From: an uncultured Bacteroidaceae bacterium
Lineage (GTDB): Bacteria > Bacteroidota > Bacteroidia > Bacteroidales > Bacteroidaceae
Length of the DNA stretch: 64,000 nucleotides
Direction of reading: 5' to 3'
Assembly (NCBI GenBank): GCA_905234605.1
Contig: CAJOIE010000011.1
Location: 3,256 to 67,255, forward strand
The translations under genes and the position numbers were made by a program. The notes under the pieces were generated by a model. The model made no database searches and was not told the origin of the DNA. It worked only from the letters and a program-made list of their open reading frames with translations. This document shows, piece by piece, positions 49,901 through 57,640 of the stretch. Within the stretch, counting starts at the first letter, position 1. Each line of letters starts with the position of its first letter.

Positions 49901-50260
49901 GTATCCATAATAAGTGGTTCCGTTGGACATGGTGTAAACACCATCGCTCACCTCGTTGATGGTGACCTCGGCGGCAGTACCGTCCATATAAGAGCCTGTG
50001 AAATAGTAGTTGGTTCCGCCATTGCTGACCTGTGACTCGATGGTATAGGCACCATTGGACAGCTTTGCCAGGGTGTTGTAGTGGCTGAACTCAATCAGCG
50101 AAGCCTGAGTACCCCATGAGTTTCCGGGGCCAAAATAGCGACCCGAGCCAATGTTCTGGAAGACGTACTTCCCATCAGCAAAGTCTGCAGCGGTCTGAGC
50201 ATTCACGCTCAGGCTGAACATTGCCGCCACAGCGGCCAGAAGAAGTTTGATTTTCTTCAT
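46920..50260 (-). pseudogene. About 1100-aa modular T9SS-secreted lectin/adhesin-like protein split by a single frameshift near 48554-48557
   Basis: ORF 48506..50260 has a signal peptide (MKKIKLLLAAVAAMFSLSVNAQ) but no CTD. ORF 46920..48476 has no signal peptide but ends in a T9SS CTD (...IFNIAGQRVARVQKGLYIIGGKKVLK). Shifting frame at AACACACCGAC restores ...SLEEESNT(x)DTQTDKWTIFRDFTLKYYG-AYVDLTMYKAAYAEA..., which parallels the end of module 1 (...TRTDTWCIWDNFQLLYLG-VDLTALREA...). Confidence 0.7.
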
Positions 50261-50373
50261 GTTGTTAGAAAGTTGTTAGTTAATAATAATGTATATAAAA
50301 GGGTGAACCTATGGAGGTGGATGGAACTCGCACAGGCGGTTCCACGCAATGCACTCACGTGCATATCACGCGG

Positions 50374-50381
50374 CAAATATA
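50374..50381 (-). promoter_or_regulatory. Candidate -7 box TATATTTG for the T9SS adhesin gene
   Basis: The reverse complement of CAAATATA matches TAnnTTTG. It lies 113 nt upstream of the ATG at 50260. Confidence 0.3.
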
Positions 50382-50400
50382 TAGACTAATTAGCCACTCA

Positions 50401-50408
50401 CCCCCCCC
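50401..50408. repeat. C8/G8 homopolymer tract
   Basis: Eight consecutive C on the plus strand, 19 nt upstream (gene sense) of the candidate -7 box. Confidence 0.9.
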
Positions 50409-50516
50409 GTACCGTTAATTTTTATTAAAAGTGATAGCGGGCTGTTCTTTTTATCCTCACATGGCTACTTTCTGCCTCATGCATGCATGCATTTGCACAG
50501 CAGGATGGCTCTGTCG

Positions 50517-50622
50517 GCCACCCTTCATCCTTCTCTGCCATCACCCTTCATCCTCTCTGCCATTACCCTGCACCCTTCTGTGCCATCACCCTGCACCCTT
50601 CTCTGCCATCACCCTGCACTCG
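50517..50622. repeat. Locus E of the repeat family: 5 tandem copies of a unit of about 22 bp, consensus GCCATCACCCTGCACCCTTCTCT
   Basis: Units start at 50517, 50537, 50559, 50582 and 50605. The first two are degenerate (CACCCTTCA), and the last three carry CACCCTGCA or TACCCTGCA. Confidence 0.9.
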
Positions 50623-50824
50623 TTTTTGAGGCTCTCGGCATGCTAACGGCGTGCCACCGTGCAACGCTCTGTCGGACAGGTATATAGCACACAGCGATGC
50701 AGGCGCGAGACGCGTGTGTGCCATGACTTATCCGCTTGCTCCGCTTCTTGCGGGCAAACGTATGGCGCACAGGCGTCCCTGCCTGCATCGCTCTCAGCTA
50801 CGCTCTTATGCGAATTGGCAACTG

Positions 50825-52615
50825 TCAGCTCGCTGGTGTGTCGTAGGGGTCGTCCTTGATGTGCTTGGTGCCGTGCATGCAGGTGAGCTCGTCGCGTGTG
50901 AAGCGGTAGGATGGCGAGGCGAGCGATGCCGAGGGGTCGAAGTGCGACGAGCGCACGTCCATGATGCCGAGCACGAGGTCGTAGAGGAGGTCGTTGGTCC
51001 AGTAGCGGCCGGCGTTGGCGTGCAGTGCCGAGGCCACGTCGGGGCGTGCGGCGCGGTAAGTGTCGGCGAGCCACACGAAGAGTGGTATGCGTGTGCGTAG
51101 GAAGCCGCCGAAGTTGGGCATGCGGCGTCCGCCAGGCGACTCGGCATGGTCGGAGCAGTAGACCATGGCTTGAAGGTTGAGGTGCCGGCGGGCGTAGTCG
51201 TAGGCCGCGTGGAGCACGCTGTCGGTGTAGTGGAGCGAGTTGTGGTAGTTGGTGATGCGGTCGCGGTCGGCGGCCGTGCCCCATTGGCGGTCGGCGGGCG
51301 GGAAGCGGTTCTCGTAGTTGAAGTGGCTGCCCTTGAGGTGTAGCACCACGAGGTTGTTGTGTGCAGGGTCTACCTCGCGTAGCATGTCGATGAGCGTGTG
51401 GTCGTACTGCACGCGCCCTGCCACCTGGTGTGTCCAGCGTGCCGCATCGGATGTGTTGGCCACGAGTGTCACTGGCGTGTCGGCGGCACCGAGGTGTCCT
51501 TGGTTGCTGTACCAGTGAACGTGGTAGCCTATGGCATGGGCCATGTCGACGATGGATGGCGACGTGGCAAACTCTCCGCCGGCATACTGGTTGGCTTCGG
51601 TGAGAGCGAGCTCCAGCGATGGCACTGTCTGTATGTTGCAGCTGTAGGCGTGCGGGAAGAGTATGGTGGCGTCAGTGTCGGCTGCCAAGGCTCGCAGCCA
51701 CGGCGTGGTGTCGTGCTCCATGGTGGTGAATGCACTTATATGGTCGCGCGATGCCGACTCTCCGATGACGAGCATCAGTGTGTGTGGCGTGTCGAGCATG
51801 GTGGCTTGCGTGGTGACGTGGCGCAGTGCGTCGAGCCGTTTGCTGGCATTGGCCATGTAGGCAGCGTTGCGCCGCACATAGTCCTGCACGACGAGATACA
51901 GCAGCGGCACACCGCAGCGCACTATGAGGCCACGGCGCGGGCGGAAACAGTATGTGGCCGTGAAGAGCAGCACCGCCGTCACGGCTGCCAGGCGCCATGG
52001 CTCGTCGTGCCCTGTCGTCAGGGGCCACCGTGTGGGCAGCCATACGCACAGGGCTGTGGCACTCACGATGGCCAGGGCCACGGCTATGACGCGCCACAGA
52101 GGGTAGGAGCGCAGGTATTCTATCACTTCGTTGACGTGTGTCTCCTGCAGCATGGTCATGCCTGGCGCGTCGATGACCACGTGGCAGGCAGCGTAGTAGA
52201 CCCACACGGCAATGGGCACAAGAGCCGCCGCGGCCGCCATGATGCCCACCGCCCATTGGTATGCCGGCGGCAGGAGTATGGCCGTGGCCGTGAGCATGGC
52301 AAAGAGGTAGCTGCCGAAGGCCTCGTCGATGCGGTTGTCGTAGTCGGGCGAGGTGTGGCGGTGTGTCAGGTGGTAGGCCAAGGGGTATGTCGTCTGCCAC
52401 AGCAGTGCCACCGCCAGCAGCAGTGCCATGGTTGGCTGGCATGGTTGTGTGGCTGTCAGCCATAGTGGCAGGGTGGCAACTATGGCTGCCGCTACGTAGC
52501 GGCGCAATTGCTGCCCGCGGGTGTTGGGGGCTATGCCGTGGTTGAAGAGCATGTAGGAGGCAAAGGCCGTGGCCCACAGCATCAGTGTGAGCAGGGCGTC
52601 AGCGAGGTATGTCAT
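50825..52615 (-). CDS. Phosphoethanolamine-transferase-like membrane sulfatase-family enzyme (EptA/CptA-like)
   Basis: 596 aa after trimming to ATG 52615. The N-terminus is multi-TM, followed by ...HTLMLVIGESASRDHISAF..., ...NLVVLHLKGSHFNYENRFP... and ...YCSDHAES.... The 194-codon upstream extension of the track ORF overlaps lpxL out of frame. Confidence 0.72.
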   Translation of the reverse strand: MTYLADALLTLMLWATAFASYMLFNHGIAPNTRGQQLRRYVAAAIVATLPLWLTATQPCQPTMALLLAVALLWQTTYPLAYHLTHRHTSPDYDNRIDEAFGSYLFAMLTATAILLPPAYQWAVGIMAAAAALVPIAVWVYYAACHVVIDAPGMTMLQETHVNEVIEYLRSYPLWRVIAVALAIVSATALCVWLPTRWPLTTGHDEPWRLAAVTAVLLFTATYCFRPRRGLIVRCGVPLLYLVVQDYVRRNAAYMANASKRLDALRHVTTQATMLDTPHTLMLVIGESASRDHISAFTTMEHDTTPWLRALAADTDATILFPHAYSCNIQTVPSLELALTEANQYAGGEFATSPSIVDMAHAIGYHVHWYSNQGHLGAADTPVTLVANTSDAARWTHQVAGRVQYDHTLIDMLREVDPAHNNLVVLHLKGSHFNYENRFPPADRQWGTAADRDRITNYHNSLHYTDSVLHAAYDYARRHLNLQAMVYCSDHAESPGGRRMPNFGGFLRTRIPLFVWLADTYRAARPDVASALHANAGRYWTNDLLYDLVLGIMDVRSSHFDPSASLASPSYRFTRDELTCMHGTKHIKDDPYDTPAS

Positions 52616-52715
52616 AGGTGTTGAGGATGGTGTGGTAGAAGGTGGAGTAGGAGTGCAGGTCGGCGGCTTGCATGTAGAGTTGCAACTGTTTGTGCCCTTG
52701 TTTCGTGAAGCAGAC

Positions 52716-53669
52716 TCACACGTGTCCCCACTCGCGGAGGCGGCGGTCATACTCCTCGCGGGTGCGTTTCCAGCGGTTGTGCGTCCACAGCCAGCAGGCG
52801 GGGTCGCGGTCGATGGTCTGCTCGAGGCGTCGGGCATAGTCTTCGGTGAGGGTGTAGTCGGGCCATGTGTCGGGCTGCCGCGTGACGAGCCGGTAGGCGG
52901 CGACATAGTGGCCACGGCTCTCGCGGCGCAGGTCGAGGTATACCACGGCGGTGTTGAAGCGTTTGGCCAGTCGCTCGCCGCCGGTGAAGAACGGTGTCTC
53001 GGTGTGACGCAGGAAGGGTGTCCATAGGTGTATGTCGCTCCATAAGGGCACTTGGTCGGCGATGAAGCCAGCCACGAAGGGGCGTCCGTCGCGCTGTGCC
53101 GTGACCATGGCGCGCAGTGTGTGGCGCATGGCCACGTTGTTGACGCCGTGGCGGCTGCGTATGCCGAGGAAGAGGGCGTCGACGGCGGCGTTCTCAAGCG
53201 GGTGGTAGAGCTGCATGGGCATCCATGCCTCGGCGGGTATGTGTGTGTGCAGCGGTATGGTGGATACCCACTCCCAGTTGCAATAGTGGCCGAGCATGAG
53301 CACCACGCTGCGCCCTTCGCCCACGAGCTGCTCGAGCACCTCGGTGTGTTCGAAGCGCATGCGGCGGCGCATCTCGTCGGGGCCTATGGTGGTGAGCTTG
53401 ACGGTTTCCACCATGTAGTCGCAGAACCAGCGGTAGAAGCGTCTCTCCAGTGTCCTGAGCTCGGCCGCCGTTAGCTGCGGGTAGGCGTCGTGCATGTTGC
53501 GGTGCACAATGCTGCGGCGGTAGCGTGCCACGTGGCAGACGAGCACGTAGAGCACGTCGGAGAGCCCGTAGAGCACGCGCAGCGGCAGCCGCGACAGCAC
53601 TGTGAAGAGCCATCGGAGCATGCCTGCGAGTGCGTGCTGTGTGGCGGTGAGAGGCTTGGGTGTTGGCAT
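52716..53669 (-). CDS. lpxL: Lipid A biosynthesis late acyltransferase (LpxL/HtrB family)
   Basis: 317 aa with ...LSRLPLRVLYGLSDVLYVLVCHVARYRRSIVHRNM..., ...MLGHYCNWEW... (HX4-type motif) and ...AGFIADQ.... Confidence 0.8.
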   Translation of the reverse strand: MPTPKPLTATQHALAGMLRWLFTVLSRLPLRVLYGLSDVLYVLVCHVARYRRSIVHRNMHDAYPQLTAAELRTLERRFYRWFCDYMVETVKLTTIGPDEMRRRMRFEHTEVLEQLVGEGRSVVLMLGHYCNWEWVSTIPLHTHIPAEAWMPMQLYHPLENAAVDALFLGIRSRHGVNNVAMRHTLRAMVTAQRDGRPFVAGFIADQVPLWSDIHLWTPFLRHTETPFFTGGERLAKRFNTAVVYLDLRRESRGHYVAAYRLVTRQPDTWPDYTLTEDYARRLEQTIDRDPACWLWTHNRWKRTREEYDRRLREWGHV

Positions 53670-53699
53670 CGGTGTGGCTGTGTGCGTGGCTGTCCGTGG

Positions 53700-55679
53700 T
53701 CAGCGCACGATGAGCTCGTTGGCACTCATGCGTGACATGTACTGATATACTATTGAGCGCAGGCGCTGCTCCATGAGCGTGTCGGGCTGCTCGGCCATGA
53801 GGTTGTGCCGGAGCAGGCTGTCGGACAGGGAGTAGAGTGCGCGTGCCTGCCCCGTGGTGCCGTCCATCTGTAGCAGGCGTCCGCCGGCGACATACTGGTA
53901 TATGCCGCCCGTGTAGCTGACAGCCCAGGTGCTGTCGGCAGGGGTGGCAAAGAGGTCTTTGCCGAAAGCCACGTAGGGCTCCTTGTGTCCGAGCAGTCCG
54001 AGCACAGAGGGCATGATGTCGATCTGCTGTGCTATGCCATCGCGGCAGCCCGGGGTGAGCAGCGTGGCCGACGGGTCGAAGAACAGGATGGGCACACGGA
54101 AGCGGCCGAGGTCGGTCTGATAGACGTCGTGGTCGCTCAGGTTGGTGTGGTCGGCCGTGAGCACGAAGAGCGTGTGGCCGTACCATGGCTGGCGGCTGGC
54201 TGTCTGGAAGAAGCGGCGCAGGGCATGGTCGGTGTAGCGTATGCAGCGGTGTATGGGCAGTGCGCCGTCGGGGAAGGTGTCGCGGTATTCCTCGGGGATG
54301 CGGAAGGGGTGGTGGCTGGATGCCGTGAACACGGTGGTGAGGAAGGGCTCCTGCATGGTGCCCATCGTGCGGCAGAAGTATTGCAGGAAGGGCTCGTCCC
54401 AGATGGCCCACATGCCGTCGAAGTCGGCATCGCCTGCGGTGGCGGGGTCGGCATTATACTCGGTGCGCCCGTAGTAGCTGCCATAGCCCGTCTTGCGGGC
54501 AAAGGCCTGGAAGCCCATCGAACCGTTCTCGGCACCGTGGAAGAATGCCGTGGCATAGCCCCTGCGCGACAGCTCTGCCGCCAGGCCTCCCACGTCGTTC
54601 ATCGACGATGGCGTGAGGAAGAAGGGCTCCACGAACATGGGTATCGACGAGAGTATGCTGGGCATCCCGTCGATGCTCTTGCGCCCGTTGGCCAGCGAGG
54701 TGGCAAAGGTGGCGGAGCGGGCTATGAGCTCATCGGTGAATGGCGTGTAGCCGGCGTAGCGGCCACCGTCGAGCGTGGGGTTGAGTGCCCCGATGTACTC
54801 TGCGCCGAAGCTCTCCACGATGAGCACCACCACGTTGAACGGCCTTGGCTGCGTGTCGGCGTCAGGCGTGTGAAGGGGACTATAGTAGCGTTCTGCCTCG
54901 GCTGTGGAGGCGAAGAACGGCGGCGGCGTGAAGGCGTGTTTGCCCAGTGTGCGCAGCAGGGCAAACGGTGTGTTGAGCACTGCTGCGGCATGCGCGGGGC
55001 GTGCCACATACTGGGTGGCGTTGCTGATGGTGATTGGGCGCACGGCATGGCTCAGCCCGCCGCGCATGCTGGAGATGCAGTATGGCAGGTAGGCAGCCAA
55101 GGCAACGACCTGGACGATGTAGTATGCCGCCGTGGCATGCCCTGCCTGACGGCGTGGCTGCTGCCGTGAGCCGCCGCGGCGGTAGCCAGTACAGAGGATG
55201 GCAATGAGCGCTATGCCAGCCACGACGAGATACCAGTGGCGGAGCATCTCGGTGGCAAAGATGCTGCCAATGTTGCCCTCGGCGGCAAACTCGCTGAACA
55301 CCGACACTGTGGTGCGGCGTCCGGTGTAGGGGAAGTAGGCCGCATCGGCAAGGTTGACCACCACGGCCACGCTGTTGGTGACCACGAACAGCCATTTGGC
55401 TGCGTCCTGCCACACATGGCTCTCCTTGACATGGAGCGGTATGAGCATGAGCAGTGCGTAGGGCGCATTGGTGTAGCATATGGCCGAGGCGTCGAAAGCG
55501 TAGGCTCCGGCCATGATGTCGGCCAGGCTGTTGTCGCTCCATAGGGTGGCGAAGGCCGCTGCGTTCTCTGCAATGTAGATGATGCGGCACAGCCAGTAGA
55601 CCACGAAGCACAGCATGAGGTTGCACACCATGGCAAGTGGCGAGCGCAGGTGGTTGGCTATGGCTGTTGAGGTGGTCAT
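53700..55679 (-). CDS. LTA-synthase-like membrane sulfatase (alkaline phosphatase superfamily)
   Basis: 659 aa. Five N-terminal TM helices are followed by an extracytoplasmic domain with ...NVVVLIVESFGAEYIG..., ...FFHGAENGSMGF... and ...LFVLTADHTN.... Confidence 0.75.
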   Translation of the reverse strand: MTTSTAIANHLRSPLAMVCNLMLCFVVYWLCRIIYIAENAAAFATLWSDNSLADIMAGAYAFDASAICYTNAPYALLMLIPLHVKESHVWQDAAKWLFVVTNSVAVVVNLADAAYFPYTGRRTTVSVFSEFAAEGNIGSIFATEMLRHWYLVVAGIALIAILCTGYRRGGSRQQPRRQAGHATAAYYIVQVVALAAYLPYCISSMRGGLSHAVRPITISNATQYVARPAHAAAVLNTPFALLRTLGKHAFTPPPFFASTAEAERYYSPLHTPDADTQPRPFNVVVLIVESFGAEYIGALNPTLDGGRYAGYTPFTDELIARSATFATSLANGRKSIDGMPSILSSIPMFVEPFFLTPSSMNDVGGLAAELSRRGYATAFFHGAENGSMGFQAFARKTGYGSYYGRTEYNADPATAGDADFDGMWAIWDEPFLQYFCRTMGTMQEPFLTTVFTASSHHPFRIPEEYRDTFPDGALPIHRCIRYTDHALRRFFQTASRQPWYGHTLFVLTADHTNLSDHDVYQTDLGRFRVPILFFDPSATLLTPGCRDGIAQQIDIMPSVLGLLGHKEPYVAFGKDLFATPADSTWAVSYTGGIYQYVAGGRLLQMDGTTGQARALYSLSDSLLRHNLMAEQPDTLMEQRLRSIVYQYMSRMSANELIVR

Positions 55680-55740
55680 TGCGGGTAGCGCGTGTATATA
55701 TATTAAGGTATAGATGTGGCAGCGTGTCAGGGCGGGGGGG

Positions 55741-56781
55741 CTATGCGAGGTAGTGCTCTATCCGCTCCAGCACATAGTGTGGGTCGATGCCTCTCAGGCA
55801 CGGGTATCCGCCGAGTGCGCATGGTTTGTTGCCATAGATGGAGCATGGCCGGCATGGCAGGTCGGTGAGCTGCACGGCATCTGCCTGCCTCTGTCCGTAG
55901 CCCATGAAGCCGCTGTAGGGATGCGTGGCTCCCCAGATGCTCACCACGGGCAGTGCCACGAGCGATGCCAGGTGCATGTTGGCCGAGTCCATGGCCACCA
56001 TCACCTTGCAGTGCGACAGCACGGCGGCCTCGGCGGCCATGTTGCCCAGCTTGCCTGCCAGCGACTCCACATGGCCGTAGCTCGCGGCCCACTGCTCCAG
56101 CAACGCGCGCTCCGATGCTCCTGCTCCGAGCAGCAGCACACGCACATCGCCGCGCCGAGCGAGGGCTGCCACCACCTGCTCCATGAGGTCGGGCGGATAG
56201 GTCTTGCCCTCGTAGGTGGCGAAGGGGGCTACGGCCACCCAGTTCCTCTCAGGGCGTAGCGCGGCATCGAAGGTGGGGGCGTGAAGGGTCAGGTCGGCAC
56301 CGGCCGGCGGGAAGAGACTGCTGAAGGTGATGCTGAAGTCGGGGTAGCCGGCACGGCGCACCACGTCGGCATACTTCTCGAAGACGCTGAGCTGCAGGGT
56401 CTTAGGCGTCTGTGTCAGGAAACGGCGTCGCGCACGGCGGTCCTTGCGTATGGCATACACCTTCAGGCCGGCACCGCGAAAGCGCAGTCGCAGCCATTGG
56501 GTGCGCAGCACGTCGTGGAGGTCGGCCACGGCGGCTGGGTGCAATGCGAGCAGGCGACGGTAGAGACGGTTGAGGCCCCGCAATCCATGGTGCCTGCCTT
56601 TGAGGTCGGCTTCGACGAACATCACGTTTCTTGGCAGCAGCCCGAAAATGGGACGTGCCCATCCGCGGCTGCACACAATGATGCGCATGTCGGGGTGCTG
56701 GCGGGCAAAGGAGTCGATGACGGGCACCGTCATCAGCACGTCGCCGATAGCCGAGAAACGCAGGAACAGTATGTTGGCCAT
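55741..56781 (-). CDS. Glycosyltransferase family 9 (LPS heptosyltransferase-like)
   Basis: MANILFLRFSAIGDVLMTVPVI... and ...MVAMDSANMHLASLVALPVVSIWG... fit the GT9 pattern. Confidence 0.85.
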   Translation of the reverse strand: MANILFLRFSAIGDVLMTVPVIDSFARQHPDMRIIVCSRGWARPIFGLLPRNVMFVEADLKGRHHGLRGLNRLYRRLLALHPAAVADLHDVLRTQWLRLRFRGAGLKVYAIRKDRRARRRFLTQTPKTLQLSVFEKYADVVRRAGYPDFSITFSSLFPPAGADLTLHAPTFDAALRPERNWVAVAPFATYEGKTYPPDLMEQVVAALARRGDVRVLLLGAGASERALLEQWAASYGHVESLAGKLGNMAAEAAVLSHCKVMVAMDSANMHLASLVALPVVSIWGATHPYSGFMGYGQRQADAVQLTDLPCRPCSIYGNKPCALGGYPCLRGIDPHYVLERIEHYLA

Positions 56782-56838
56782 TGTCTACATGATGTGCAGC
56801 CGCAGGGGCTGTGCTGTGTGTATGCCTACGGCAGCGGC

Positions 56839-57456
56839 TCAGTAGCTCTTGCCGTAGAGCGAGGGGTTGGTCGACGGGTCGTTGTACATCTTCATCTGGC
56901 GGTACACCTTCATCCATTTGCGGCCGGCCTCGATGTCTGCCAGCAGTTGGTCGATGGCCGTGGAGAGGTCTGTCTGCTGCTCTAAGAGCACTGCCAGCTT
57001 CTTGCCGCACTGCTCGATGTGGGCGGCGTCGGCGTCGGTGCGCTGTGTCTGCTCGCGCATGTGGTAGATCTTCAGTGCAAGGATGCTCAGGCGGTCAACG
57101 GCCCATGCCGGGCTCTCGGTGTTGATGGTGGCCTCGGGCAGCGGCTTGACATCGTGGAAGCGCGTGTAGAAATAGCTGTCGATGGTCTCCACCAGGTCGG
57201 TGCGTTCCTGGTTGCTGCGGTCAATGCGCCTTTTCAGCACGACGACCTGTGCCGGCTCTATGTCGGGGTCGCGGATGATGTCTTCCAGGTGCCACTGCAC
57301 GGTGTCTATCCAGCATTTGCGGTAGAGGTCGGCTTCTATGGTGCCCTGGGCGTATGGGTTATGCAGCGGGGCATCGACATTGTCGTGGACGTGATAGTCG
57401 GCAATGGCCTGCCCGAAGATGGGACAGGCGTGTTGGGTGAATGTCGGCTGTGACAT
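56839..57456 (-). CDS. DUF4254 domain-containing protein
   Basis: 205 aa after trimming to ATG 57456. ...LYRKCWIDTVQWHLEDIIRD...LKRRIDRSNQERTDLVE...SPAWAVDRLSILALKIYHM... fits the family, which I recall as commonly sitting next to GT9 genes in Bacteroidota. Confidence 0.55.
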   Translation of the reverse strand: MSQPTFTQHACPIFGQAIADYHVHDNVDAPLHNPYAQGTIEADLYRKCWIDTVQWHLEDIIRDPDIEPAQVVVLKRRIDRSNQERTDLVETIDSYFYTRFHDVKPLPEATINTESPAWAVDRLSILALKIYHMREQTQRTDADAAHIEQCGKKLAVLLEQQTDLSTAIDQLLADIEAGRKWMKVYRQMKMYNDPSTNPSLYGKSY

Positions 57457-57492
57457 GATGTGACTGTCAGTTACTATATAAGGTGATGCACA

Positions 57493-57500
57493 CAAAGGTA
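57493..57500 (-). promoter_or_regulatory. Candidate -7 box TACCTTTG for the DUF4254-GT9-LtaS-lpxL-ept gene string
   Basis: The reverse complement of CAAAGGTA lies 37 nt upstream of ATG 57456. The octamer is the same as at wza, murF and folP. Confidence 0.35.
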
Positions 57501-57575
57501 GGCCGTTTGGGGTGAAGGGACAAAAATCAAAGGTGAAAATGCACAAAACAAAGACATCTCAATGCGTTTTGCCCA

Positions 57576-57583
57576 TATCTTTG
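57576..57583 (+). promoter_or_regulatory. Candidate -7 box TATCTTTG for the PL11 gene
   Basis: It matches TAnnTTTG and lies 58 nt upstream of ATG 57641. Confidence 0.3.
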
Positions 57584-57640
57584 CAACATCGCCTATTGCG
57601 TGTACCAGACAGACTCAACACACATATATCCATATTACCC

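Noticed and set aside
50478-50492. A (CATG)n microsatellite, catgcatgcatgcat
   Set aside because: It is too short (under 4 units) and self-complementary, so it is probably incidental. I mention it only as context for the neighbouring slippage-prone motifs.
52616-53197. Long N-terminal extensions of track ORFs: ept-like 50825..53197, pdxB 27406..28911, GH3 23172..24794, rluD 40579..41724, murF 28457..29941, and the 340-aa ORF 36252..37274
   Set aside because: The extensions are Pro/Ser/Thr/Arg-rich and overlap the upstream gene out of frame. Each has an internal ATG where family-typical N-terminal sequence begins, so I trimmed the starts accordingly.
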